Shown here piece by piece: positions 24,484 to 39,400 of a stretch of DNA of 64,000 nt. A program made the position numbers and the translations under genes. The stretch comes from Squalus acanthias (Eukaryota): NCBI GenBank assembly GCA_030390025.1, contig JASTWF010000034.1, positions 3,100,001 through 3,164,000 of the forward strand, written 5' to 3'. The notes under the pieces were generated by a model, which was not told where the DNA came from, made no database searches, and saw nothing but the letters and a program-made list of their open reading frames with translations. The first letter of the stretch is position 1; each line of letters begins with the position of its first letter.

Positions 24484-27400
24484 GGATTCGCTCAACATCG
24501 GGGAATAATCTTAATGTTAATTGTTAAGTTACACATGCTTTTCGCTACATAAGGGAATAAAGTTACCGTTAATTGTTAATTTAGACATGATATCCTGTAC
24601 ACAAGAGAATAATGTTACAGTTAATTTTTAAATGACATAATATCCTCTACACCGGGGAATAAAGTTAATTTAATTGTTAATTTGACAAGATGCCCTCTAC
24701 ACTGGGTAAATCTTACAGTTAATTCTTAATTTGACATGATACCTTCTACACGAGAGAGTAAAGTAACAGTTAATTTTTAATTTGACATGATATCCTTTAA
24801 ACTGGGGAATAAAGTTACAGTTAATTGTTAATTTGACATGATTCACTCTGCACCGGGGAACAACTTAACAGTCAATTGTTAATTTGACAGGATACCCTAT
24901 ACACCGGAGAATACAGAATCAGTTAGATGTTAATTTGACATGATGCACTCTACACCAGGGAATAAAGTTACAGTTAATTGTTTATTACGACATGATGACC
25001 TCCAAACCGATGAATAAAGTTACAGTTAATTCCTAATTTAGTCATAATACCCTCTACACTGTGGAACATGTTACAGTTTATTGTTAATTTAGAAATTATA
25101 TCCTCTGCACGTGAGAATAAAGTTACAGTGCATTTTTAATTTGACATGATATCCTCTACACCAGGGAATAAAGTTACAATTGATTGTTAATTTGACATGA
25201 TGATGCCCACTACACCGTGGAATAAAGTTACAGTTAAATATTCATTTTGAGATGATGCCCTCCACACCGGGCAATAAATTTAAAGCTAATTGTTAATTTA
25301 GACTTGATACCTTCTACACCGGGGAAATAATGTTACAGTCAATTGTTTTTTTGACATGATATCCTCTACACTGGGGAATAAATATACAGTCAATTGTTAA
25401 TTTGAAATTATACCCTATTCACCGGGAAATAAAATTACAGTTAATTGTTAGTTTCGACCTGATACCCTCTACACCGTGGAATAAAGTTACGGTCAGGTGT
25501 TAATTTGACATGATACAATCTACAACGGTGAATAAAGTTACAGTTAATTGTTAATTAGACAAGTTACCCTCAACATCTGGGAATAAAGTAACAATTGAAT
25601 GTTAATTTGACATGATACCCTCTACAACGGGTAAAAAAGTCACAGTTAATTGTTAATTTGATATGATACACTCTAGACCGGGGAATAAAGATACAGTTAA
25701 TTGTTCATTTGAAATGGTACCCTCTACACTGCGGAATAAAGTTACAGTTAATTGTTAATTTAGACATGATACTCTCTACACCGGGGAATAATGTGACAGT
25801 TAATTGTTAATTTAGACATGATACACTCTACACCAGGGATTAAACTTTCAGTTAAATGGTAACTTGCCATGATTCCCTCGACACCGGGGAATTAAGTTAC
25901 AGTTAATTGTAAATTTGAAATGATGCCCTCCACACCGGAGAATTAATTTACAGTTAATTGTTAATTTAGACATGATACCTTCTACACAGGGGAATAAATT
26001 TAAAGTTAATTCTAAATTTAGACACGATGCCCTCTACATCGGGGAATAAAGTTACAGTTAATTGTTAATTTAGACGTGATTTTCTCTACACGGGGGAATA
26101 AAGTTACAGTTAATTGTTAATTTAGACATGATTTTCTCCACACAGGGGAATAAAGTTACAGTTAATTGTTAATTTAGAAAAGATTCCTTCTACATCGCAG
26201 AATAAATTTACAGTTCATTGTTAATTGAGACATGATAACCTTGACAATGGGGAATAAAGATATAGTTAATTGTTAATTTAGACATGATATCCTCTACACC
26301 AGGGAATAAAGTTACAGATAATTTTTAATTTAAATTATATTCTGTAGACAAGAGAATACATTTACAGTAGATGTTAATTTGACATGATATCCGCTACACC
26401 GGGGAATAAAGTTACAGTTCATTGTTAATTTAGACATGATGCCCTCTACACTGCGGAATACAATTACAGTTACATGTTAATTTTGACATGACGCCCTCTA
26501 CACCGGGGAATAAAGTTACAGTTAATTATTAATTTGACATGATATCCTCTACACCGGGGAATAAAGTTACAGTTAATTGTTAATTTGACATGATACCATC
26601 TACACCGGGGAATAAAGTTACAGTTAATTGTTGCATTTACATGATGCCCTCAACACCGGGGAATAAAGTTGAAGTTAATTGTTAATCTGTCATGATACCC
26701 TCTACACTGGGGAATAAAATGACAGTAAATTGTCAATTTAGACATGAGACCCTCAACACCAGAGAATAAAGTTACCGCTAATTGTTGAATTGACGTGATA
26801 ACCTCCACACTGTGTAATAAATTTACAGTCATTTTTTTTGAACATGATAATCTCTACACCGGGGAATAAAGAGGCAGTTAATTGGAAATGGTACCCTCTA
26901 AACCGGGGAATAAAGTTACAGTTAATTGTTAATTTGACATGATGCCCTCTACACTGCGGAATAAAGTTACAGTTAATTGTTAAGTTGACATGATACCATC
27001 TACACCGGTGAATAAAGTTACAGTTAATTGTTGATTTTACATGATGCCCTAAACACCGGGGAATAAATTTGAAGTTAATTGTTAATCTGTCATGATACCC
27101 TCTACACTGGGGAATAAAATTACAGTAAATTGTCAATTTAGACATGACACCCTCTACAACAGAGAATAAAGTTACAGCTAATTGTTGAATTGACGTGATA
27201 CCCTCCCCACTGTGTAATAAAGTTACAGTCATTTTTTTTAACATGATAATCTCTACATCGGGGAATAAAGAGGCAGTTAATTGGAAATGTTACCCTCTAA
27301 ACCGGGGAATAAAGTTACAGTTAACTGTTAATTTGACATGATACCCTCTACACTGGGGAATAAAGTTACAGTTAATTGTTAATTTGACATGATATCCTCT

Positions 27401-30400
27401 ACACCGGGGAATAAAGTTATCGTTAATTGTTAATTTAGACATGATGCCCTCTACACCAGAAAATAAAGTTACACTTAATTGTTTAATTTACATGATGCTC
27501 TCTGCACTGTGGAATAAAGTTACAGTTAATTTTGTTTAACATTGTAATCTCTACACTGGTATATAAAGATACAGTTAGTTTGAAATGGTATCCTCTACAC
27601 CGGGGAATAAAGTAACAGTGAATTGTTAATTTGACATGATAAACTCTAATACCGGGGAATAAAATTACAGTTAATTGTTAATTTGACATGAGACCCTCGG
27701 CACCGGGGAATAAAGTGAATGTCAATTGTCAATTTAGACATGAAGCCCTCTACACCAGGGAGTAAATTACAGATAATTGTTAAATTGACATGATATCCTC
27801 TACACTGGGGAATAATGTTAAAGTTAATTGTTAATTTGTCATGATGTCCGCTACAGCGGGGAATAAAGTTATAGCTAAATGTTAATTTCGACGTGATGCC
27901 CTCTACACTGGTGAATAAAGTTACAGTTCATTGTTAATTTAGACATGATACCTTCTACACAGGGGATTAAATGTACAGTTATTTGTTAATTTAGATATGT
28001 TTCCCTCCACACTGTGAAATCAAGTTACAGTTAATTGTAAATTAAGAAAACTTTCCCACCACACCAAGGAATAAAGTTACTGTCAATTGCTAATTTGACA
28101 TTATATCCTCTACACCGGGGAATACAGTTACCTTTAATTGTTAATTTAGACATGATACCCTCTACATCAGAAAATAAATTTACAGATAATTGCAGAATTT
28201 TCATGATACCCTCTACACTGTGGAATAAAGCTACATTTATTTTTTTTAACATGGTAATCACTACACTGGGGAATAAAGATGCAATAATTTGAAATGGTAT
28301 CCTCTACACCGGTGGACTAAAGTTACAGGTAATTGTTAATTTGACATGATACCCTCTACACCGGGGAATAAAGTTACAGTTAATTGTCGATTTTACATGA
28401 TGCCCTCAACACCGGGGAATAAAGTTGAAGTTAATTGTTAATCTGTCATGATACCCTCTACACTGTGGAATAAAATTACAGTAAATTGTCAATTTAGACA
28501 TGAGACCCTCTACACCAGATAATAAAGTTACAGCTAATTGTTGAATTGACGTGATACCCTCCACACTGTGTAATAAAGTTACAGTCATTTTTTTTGAACA
28601 TGATAATCTCTACACCGGGGAATCAATTGGAAATGGTACCCTCTAGACCGGGGAATAAAGTTACAGTTAATTGTTAATTTCGACATGGGGCCCTCTACAC
28701 TGGGGAATATAGTTACAGTTCATTGTTAATTGAGACGTGATAACCTTTAATCCGGGGAATAATTTTACAGCTAATTGTTAATTTAGACATGATAAACTCT
28801 GCACTGTGGATTAACGTAACAGATAATTGTTAATTTAGACATGATACCCTCTACTCTGGGGAATAAAGTTACAGTTAATTGTTAATTAGGCATGAGACCC
28901 TCTACACCGGGGAATAAGTTTACAGTTAATTGTTAATTTAGACATGATACCCTCTACACCGGGGAACAAAGTTACAGTTAATTGTTAGTTTGACATGATA
29001 CCCTCTACACTGGGGAATAAAGTTACAGTTAATTGTTAATTTGATATGATACCCTCTACACCAGCGAAAAAACGTGACAGCTAATTGTTAATTTGACATG
29101 ATAACCTCTGCACTGGGGAATTAAGTTACAGTTAATTGTAAATTTGACAAGATGACCTCTACCCCGGGGAATAAAGTTACATTTCATTGATAATTGAGAG
29201 ACGATACCCTCTACACCGGGGAATAAGTTTACAGTTAATTGTAAATTTTGACTTGATACACATTACACCGGGGAATAAAAGTACACTCAATTGTTAATTT
29301 GACATGATACCCTCTGCACCGGGGAATAAAGTAAATGTCAATTGTTAATTTAGGCATGAAACCCTCGGCAACAGGGAATAAAGTTAGAGTTAATTAATAA
29401 TTTGATCTGATATCCTCTACACTTGGGAATAATATTAAAGTTAATTGTTAATTTTGAAATGATAACCTCTGCACCGGAGAATAAAGTTATCGTTAATTGT
29501 TAATTTGACATTATGTCCTCTAGACCGAGGAATAAAGTTACAGCTAATTGCTAATTTGACATGATAACCTCTGCACTGGGGAATAAAGTTACAGTTAATT
29601 GTTAATTTAGACATGATACCTTCTACACAGGGGATAAAGTTACAGTTAATTGTTAATTTAGACATGATACCTTCTACACAGGGGAATAAAGTTACAGTTA
29701 ATTGTTAATTTAGACAGTATTCGCTCAACATCGGGGAATAATCTGAATGTTAATTGTTAAGTTACACATGATTTTCTCTACATAGGGGAATAAAGTTACC
29801 GTTAATTGTTAATTTAGACATGATATCCTGTGCACAAGAGAATAATGTTACAGTTAATTTTTAAATGACATAATATCCTCTACACCGGGGAATAAAGTTA
29901 ATTTAATTGTTAATTTGACAAGATGCCCTCTACACTGGGTAAATCTTACAGTTAATTCTTAATTTGACATGATACCTTCTACACGAGAGAGTAAAGTAAC
30001 AGTTAATTTTTAATTTGACATGATATCCTTTAAACTGGGGAATAAAGTTACAGTTAATTGTTAATTTGACATGATTCACTCTGCACCGGGGTACAACTTA
30101 ACAGTCAATTGTTAATTTGACAGGATACCCTATACACCGGAGAATACAGAATCAGTTAGATGTTAATTTGACATGATGCACTCCACACCAGGGAATAAAG
30201 TTACAGTTAATTGTTTATTACGACATGATGCCCTCCAAACCGATGAATAAAGTTACAGTTAATTCCTAATTTAGTCATAATACCCTCTACACTGTGGAAC
30301 ATGTTACAGTTTATTGTTAATTTAGAAATGATATCCTCTGCACGTGAGAATAAAGTTACAGTGCATTTTTAATTTGACATGATATCCTCTACACCAGGGA

Positions 30401-33400
30401 ATAAAGTTACAATTGATTGTTAATTTGACATGATGATGCCCACTACACCGTGGAATAAAGTTACAGTTAAATATTCATTTTGAGATGATGCCCTCCACAC
30501 CGGGCAATAAATTTAAAGCTAATTGTTAATTTAGACTTGATACCTTCTACACCGGGGAAATAATGTTACAGTCAATTGTTTTTTTGACATGATATCTCTA
30601 CACTGGGGAATAAATATACAGTCAATTGTTAACTTGAAATTACTCCCTATTCACCGGGTGTTAGTTTCGACCTGATACCCTCTACACCGTGGAATAAAGT
30701 TACGGTCAGGTGTTAATTTGATATGATGCAATCTACAACGGTGAATAAAGTTACAGTTAATTGTTAATTAGACAAGTTACCCTCAACATCTGGGAATAAA
30801 GTAACAATTGAATGTTAATTTGACATGATACCCTCTACAACGGGTAAAAAAGTCACAGTTAATTGTTAATTTGATATGATACACTCTAGACCGGGGAATA
30901 AAGATACAGTTAATTGTTCATTTGAAATGGTACCCTCTACACCGCGGAATAAAGTTACAGTTAATTGTTAATTTAGACATGATACTCTCTACACCGGGGA
31001 ATAATGTGACAGTTAATTGTTAATTTAGACATGATACACTCTACACCAGGGATTAAACTTTCAGTTAAATGTTAACTTGCCATGATTCCCTCGACGCCGG
31101 GGAATTAAGTTACAGTTAATTGTAAATTTGAAATGATGCCCTCCACACCGGGGAATAAATTTACAGTTAATTGTTAATTTAGACATGATACCTTCTACAC
31201 AGGGGAATAAATTTAAAGTTAATTCTAAATTTAGACACGATGCCCTCTAAATCGGGGAATAAAGTTACAGTTAATTGTTAATTTAGACGTGATTTTCTCT
31301 ACACGGGGGAATAAAGTTACAGTTAATTGTTAATTTAGACATGATTTTCTCCACACAGGGGAATAAAGTTACAGTTAATAGTTAATTTAGAAAAGATTCC
31401 TTCTACATCGCAGAATAAATTTACAGTTCATTGTTAATTGAGACATGATAACCTTGACAATGGGGAATAAAGATATAGTTAATTGTTAATTTAGACATGA
31501 TATCCTCTACACCAGGGAATAAAGTGACAGATAATTTTTAATTTAAATTATATTCTGTAGACAAGAGAATACATTTACAGTAAATGTTAATTTGACATGA
31601 TATCCGCTACACCGGGGAATAAAGTTACAGTTAATTGTTAATTTAGACATGACGCCCTCCACACTGCAGAATAAAATTAGTTACATGTTAATTTTGACAT
31701 GACGCCCTCTACACCGGGGAATAAAGTTACAGTTAATTATTAATTTGACATGATACCATCTACACCGGGGAATAAAGTTACAGTTAATTGTTAATTTAGA
31801 CATGATGCCCTCTACACTGCGGAATAAAATTACAGTTACATGTTACTTTTGACATGATATCCTCTACACCGGGGAATAAAGTTACAGTTAATTGTTAATT
31901 TGACATGATACCATCTACACCGGGGAATAACGTTACAGTTAATTGTTGCATTTACATGATGCCCTCAACACCGGGGAATAAAGTTGAAGTTAATTGTTAA
32001 TCTGTCATGATACCCTCTACACTGGGGAATAAAATTACAGTAAATTGTCAATTTAGACATGAGACCCTCTAAACCAGAGAATAAAGTTACAGCTAATTGT
32101 TGAATTGACGTGATACCCTCCACACTGTGTAATAAATTTACAGTCATTTTTTTTGAACATGATAATCTCTACACCGGGGAATAAAGAGGCAGTTAATTGG
32201 AAATGGTACCCTCTAAACCGGGGAATAAAGTTACAGTTAATTGTTAATTTGACATGATGCCCTCTGCACCGGGGAATAAAGTTACAGTTAATTGTTAAGT
32301 TGACATGATACCATCTACACCGGGGAATAAAGTTACAGTTAATTGTTGATTTTACATGATGCCCTAAACACCGGGGAATAAAGTTGAAGTTAATTGTTAA
32401 TCTGTCATGATACCCTCTACACTGGGGAATAAAATTACAGTAAATTGTCAATTTAGACATGACACCCTCTACAACAGAGAATAAAGTTACAGCTAATTGT
32501 TGAATTGACGTGATACCCTCCCCACTGTGTAATAAAGTTACAGTCATTTTTTTTAACATGATAATCTCTACATCGGGGAATAAAGATGCAGTTAATTGGA
32601 AATGTTACCCTCTAAACCGGGGAATAAAGTTACAGTTAACTGTTAATTTGACATGATACCCTCTACACTGGGGAATAAAGTTACAGTTAATTGTTAATTT
32701 GACATGATATCCTCTACACCGGGGAATAAAGTTATCGTTAATTGTTAATTTAGACATGATGCCCTCTACACCAGAAAATAAAGTTACACTTAATTGTTTA
32801 ATTTACATGATGCTCTCTGCACTGTGGAATAAAGTTACAGTTAATTTTGTTTAACATTGTAATCTCTACACTGGTATATAAATGTACAGTTAGTTTGAAA
32901 TGGTATCCTCTACACCGGGGAATAAAGTAACAGTGAATTGTTAATTTGACATAATAAACTCTAATACCGGGGAATAAAATTACAGTTAATTGTTAATTTG
33001 ACATGATACCCTCGGCACCGGGGAATAAAGTAAATGTCAATTGTCAATTTAGACATGAAGCCCTCTACACCAGGGAGTAAATTACAGATAATTGTTAAAT
33101 TGACATGATATCCTCTACACTGGGGAATAATGTTAAAGTTAATTGTTAATTTGTCATGATGTCCGCTACAGCGGGGAATAAAGTTATAGCTAAATGTTAA
33201 TTTCGACGTGATGCCCTCTACACTGGTGAATAAAGTTACAGTTCATTGTTAATTTAGACATGATACCTTCTACACAGGGGATTAAATGTACAGTTATTTG
33301 TTAATTTAGATATGTTTCCCTCCACACTGTGAAATCAAGTTACAGTTAATTGTAAATTAAGAAAAGTTTCCCACCACACCAAGGAATAAAGTTACTGTCA

Positions 33401-36400
33401 ATTGCTAATTTGACATTATATCCTCTACACCGGGGAATACAGTTACCTTTAATTGTTAATTTAGACATGATACCCTCTACATCAGAAAATAAATTTACAG
33501 ATAATTGCTGAATTTTCATGATACCCTCTACACTGTGGAATAAAGCTACATTTATTTTTTTTAACTTGGTAATCACTACACTGGGGAATAAAGATGCAAT
33601 AATTTGAAATGGTATCCTCTACACCGGTGGACTAAAGTTACAGGTAATTGTTAAATTGACATGATACCCTCTACACCGGGGAATAAAGTTACAGTTAATT
33701 GTTGATTTTACATGATGCCCTCAACACCGGGGAATAAAGTTGAAGTGAATTGTTAATCTGTCATGATACCCTCTACACTGTGGAATAAAATTACAGTAAA
33801 TTGTCAATTTAGACATGAGACCCTCTACACCAGATAATAAAGTTACAGCTAATTGTTGAATTGACGTGATACCCTCCACACTGTGTAATAAAGTTACAGT
33901 CAATTTTTTTGAACATGATAATCTCTACACCGGGGAATCAATTGGAAATGGTACCCTCTAGACCGGGGAATAAAGTTACAGTTAATTGTTAATTTCGACA
34001 TGGGGCCCTCTACACTGGGGAATATAGTTACAGTTCATTGTTAATTGAGACGTGATAACCTTTAATCCGGGGAATAATTTTACAGCTAATTGTTAATTTA
34101 GACATGATAAACTCTGCACTGTGGATTAAAGTAACAGATAATTGTTAATTTAGACATGATACCCTCTACTCTGGGGAATAAAGTTACAGTTAATTGTTAA
34201 TTAGGCATGAGACCCTCTACACCGGGGAATAAGTTTACAGTTAATTGTTAATTTAGACATGATACCCTCTACACCGGGGAACAAAGTTACAGTTAATTGT
34301 TAGTTTGACATGATACCCTTTACACTGGGGAATAAAGTTACAGTTAATTGTTAATTTGATATGATACCCTCTACACCAGCGAAAAAACGTGACAGCTAAT
34401 TGTTAATTTGACATGATAACCTCTGCACTGGGGAATTAAGTTACAGTTAATTGTAAATTTGACAAGATGACCTCTACCCCGGGGAATAAAGTTACATTTC
34501 ATTGATAATTGAGAGACGATACCCTCTACACCGGGGAATAAGTTTACAGTTAATTGTAAATTTTGACTTGATACACATTACACCGGGGAATAAAAGTGCA
34601 CTCATTTGTTAATTTGACATGATACCCTCTGCACCGGGGAATAAAGTAAATGTCAATTGTTAATTTAGGCATGAAATCCTCGACAACAGGGAATAAAGTT
34701 AGAGTTAATTATTAATTTGATCTGATATCCTCTACACTTGGGAATAATATTAAAGTTAATTGCTAATTTTGAAATGATAACCTCTGCACCAAAGAATAAA
34801 GTTATAGTTAATTGTTAATTTGACATTATGTCCTCTAGACCGAGGAATAAAGTTACAACTAATTGCTAATTTGACATGATAACCTCTGCACTGGGGAATA
34901 AAGTTACAGTTAATTGTTAATTTAGACATGATACCTTCTACACAGGGGATAAAGTTACAGTTAATTGTTAATTTAGACATGATACCTTCTACACAGGGGA
35001 ATAAAGTTACAGTTAATTGTTAATTTAGACAGGATTCGCTCAACATCGGGGAATAATCTTACTGTTAATTGTTAAGTTAGACATGATTTTCTCTACACAG
35101 GGGAATAAAGTCACCGTTAATTGTTAATTTAGACATGATATCCTGTACACCAGAGAATAATGTTACAGTTAATTTTTAAATGACATAATATCCTCTACAC
35201 CGTGGAATAAAGTTAATTTAATTGTTAATTTGACAAGATGCCCTCTACACTGGGTAAATCTTACAGTTAATTCTTAATTTGACATGATACCTTCTACACG
35301 AGAGAATAAAGTAACAGTTAATATTTAATTTGACATGATATCCTTTAAACTGGGGAATAAAGTTACAGTCAATTGTTAATTTGACAGGATACCCTATACA
35401 CCGGAGAATACAGAATCAGTTAGATGTTAATTTGACATGACGCACTCTGCACCAGGGAATAAAGTTACAGTTAATTGTTTATTATGACATGATGCCCTCC
35501 AAACCGATGAATAAAGTTACAGTTAATTCCTAATTTAGTCATAATACCCTCTACACTGTGGAACATGTTACAGTTTATTGTTAATTTAGAAATTATATCC
35601 TCTGCCCGTGAGAATAAAGTTACAGTGCATTTTTAATTTGACATGATATCCTCTACACCAGGGAATAAAGTTACAATTGATTGTTAATTTGACATGATGA
35701 TGCCCACTACACCGTGGAATAAAGTTACAGTTAAATATTCAATTTGAGATGATGCCCTCCACACCGGGCAATAAATTTAAAGCTAATTGTTAATTTAGAC
35801 TTGATACCTTCTACACCGGGGAAATAATGTTACAGTCAATTGTTTTTTTGACATGATATCCTCTACACTGGGGAATAAATATACAGTCAATTGTTAATTT
35901 GAAATTATACACTATTCACCGGGTAATAAAATTACAGTTAATTGTTAATTTCGATTTGATACCCTCTACACCGGGGAATAAAGTTACGGTCAGGTGCTAA
36001 TTTGACATGATACAATCTACAACGGGGAATAAAGTTACAGTTAATTGTTAATTAGACAAGTTACCCTCAACATCTGGGAATAAAGTAACAATTGATTGTT
36101 AATTTGACATGATAACCTCTACAACGTTTAAAAAAGTCACAGTTAATTGTTAATTTGATATGATACACTCTAGACCGGGGAATACAGATACAGTTAATTG
36201 TTCATTTGAAATGGTACCCTCTACACTGCGGAATAAAGTTACAGTTAATTGTTAATTTAGACATGATACTCTCTACACCGGGGAATAATATGACAGTTAA
36301 TTGTTAATTTAGACATGATACACTCTACACCAGGCATTAAACTTTCAGTTAAATGTTAACTTGCCATGATTCCCTCTACACCGGGGAATTAAGTTACAGT

Positions 36401-39400
36401 TAATTGCAAATTTGAAATGATGCCCTCCACACCGGGGAATAAATTTACAGTTAATTGTTAATTTAGACATGATACCTTCTACACAGGGGAATAAATTTAA
36501 AGTTAATTCTAAATTTAGACACGATGCCCTCTACATCGGGGAATAAAGTTACAGTTAATTGTTAATTTAGACGTGATTTTCTCTACACGGGGGAATAAAG
36601 TTACAGTTAATTGTTAATTTAGACATGATTTTCTCCACACAGGGGAATAAAGTTACAGTTAATTGTTAATTTAGAAAAGATTCCTTCTACATCGCAGAAT
36701 AAATTTACAGTTCATTGTTAATTGAGACATGATAACCTTGACAATGGGGAATAAAGATATAGTTAATTGTTAATTTAGACATGATATCCTCTACACCAGG
36801 GAATAAAGATACAGTTAGTTTTTAATTTAAATTATGTCCTGTAGACAAGAGAATACATTTACAGTAAATGTTAATTTGACATGATATCCGCTACACCGGG
36901 GAATAAAGTTACAGTTAATTGTTAATTTAGACATGATGCCCTCTACACTGCGGAATAAAATTACAGTTACATGTTAATTTTGACATGACGCCCTCTACAC
37001 CAGGGAATAAAGTTACAGTTAATTATTAATTTGACATGATACCATCTACACCGGGGAATAAAGTTACAGGTAATTGTTAATTTGACATGATACCATCTAC
37101 ACCGGGGAATAAAGATACAGTTAATTGTTGATTTTACATGATGCCCTCAACACCGCGGAATAAATTTGACGTTAATTGGTAATCTGGCATGATACCCTGT
37201 ACACTGGGGAATAAAAGTACAGCAAATTGTCAATTTAGACATGAGACCCTCTACACCAGAGAATAAAGTTACAGCTAATTGTTGAATTGACGTGATACCC
37301 TCCACACTGTGTAATAAAGTTGCAGTCATTTTTTTTGAACATGATAATCTCTACACCGGGGAATAAAGAGGCAGTTAATTGGAAATGTTACCCTCTAAAC
37401 CGGGGAATAAAGATACAGTTAATTGTTAATTTGAAATGATGCCCTCTACACTGCGGAATAAAGTTACAGTTAATTGTTAATTTAACATGATATCCTCTAC
37501 ACCGGGGAATAAAGTTATCGTTAATTGTTAATTTAGACATGATGCCCTCTACACCAGAAAATAAAGTTACACTTAATTGTTGAATTTACATGATGCTCTC
37601 TGCACTGTGGAATAAAGTTACAGTTAATTTTGTTTAACATTGTAATCTCTACACTGGTATATTAAGGTACAGGAAGTTTGAAATGGTATCCTCTACACCG
37701 GGGAATAAAGTTACAGTTAATTGTTAATTTGACATGATAAACTCTAATACCGGGGAATAAAATTACAGTTAATTGTTAATTTGACATGTTACCCTCGGCA
37801 CCGGGGAATAAAGTAAATGTCAATTGTCAATTTAGACATGAAGCCCTCTACACCAGGGAGTAAATTACAGATAATTGTTAATTTGACATGAAATCCTCTA
37901 CACTGTGGAATAATGTTAAAGTTAATTGTTAATTTGTCATGATGTCCGCTACAGCGGGGAATAAAGTTATAGTTAAATGTTAATTTCGACGTGATACCCT
38001 CTACACCGGGGAATAAAGTTACAGTTAATTGTTGATTTTACATGATGCCCTCAACACCGCGGAATAAAGTTGAAGTTAATTGTTAATCTGTCATGATACC
38101 CTCTACACTGTGGAATAAAATTACAGTAAATTGTCAATTTAGACATGAGACCCTCTACGCCAGATATTACAGTTACAGCTAATTGTTGAATTGACGTGAT
38201 ACCCTCCACACTGTGTAATAAAGTTACAGTCATTTATTTTGAACATGATAATCTCTACACCGCGGAATCAATTGGAAATGGTACCCTCTAGACCGGGGAA
38301 TAAAGTTACAGTTAATTGTTAAGTTGACATGATACCATCTACACCGGGGAATAAAGTTACAGTTAATTGTTGATTTTACATGATGCCCTAAACACCGGGG
38401 AATAAAGTTGAAGTTAATTGTTAATCTGTCATGATACCCTCTACACTGGGGAATAAAATTACAGTAAATTGTCAATTTAGACATGACACCCTCTACAACA
38501 GAGAATAAAGTTACAGCTAATTGTTGAATTGACGTGATACCCTCCCCACTGTGTAATAAAGTTACAGTCATTTTTTTTAACATGATAATCTCTACATCGG
38601 GGAATGAAGAGGCAGTTAATTGGAAATGTTACCCTCTAAACCGGGGAATAAAGTTACAGTTAACTGTTAATTTGACATGCTACCCTCTACACTGGGGAAT
38701 AAAGTTACAGTTAATTGTTAATTTGACATGATATCCTCTACACCGGGGAATAAAGTTATCGTTAATTGTTAATTTAGACATGATGCCCTCTACACCAGAA
38801 AATAAAGTTACACTTAATTGTTTAATTTACATGATGCTCTCTGCACTGTGGAATAAAGTTACAGTTAATTTTGTTTAACATTGTAATCTCTACACTGGTA
38901 TATAAATATACAGTTAGTTTGAAATGGTATCCTCTACACCGGGGAATAAAGTAACAGTGAATTGTTAATTTGACATAATAAACTCTAATACCGGGGAATA
39001 AAATTACAGTTAATTGTTAATTTGACATGATACCCTCGGCACCGGGGAATAAAGTAAATGTCAATTGTCAATTTAGACATGAAGCCCTCTACACCAGGGA
39101 GTAAATTACAGATAATTGTTAAATTGACATGATATCCTCTACACTGGGGAATAATGTTAAAGTTAATTGTTAATTTGTCATGATGTCCGCTGCAGCGGGG
39201 AATAAAGTTATAGTTAAATGTTAATTTCGACGTGATGCCCTCTACACTGGTGAATAAAGTTACAGTTCATTGTTAATTTAGACATGATACCTTCTACACA
39301 GGGGATTAAATGTACAGTTATTTGTTAATTTAGATATGTTTCCCTCCACACTGTGAAATCAAGTTACAGTTAATTGTAAATTAAGAAAAGTTTCCCACCA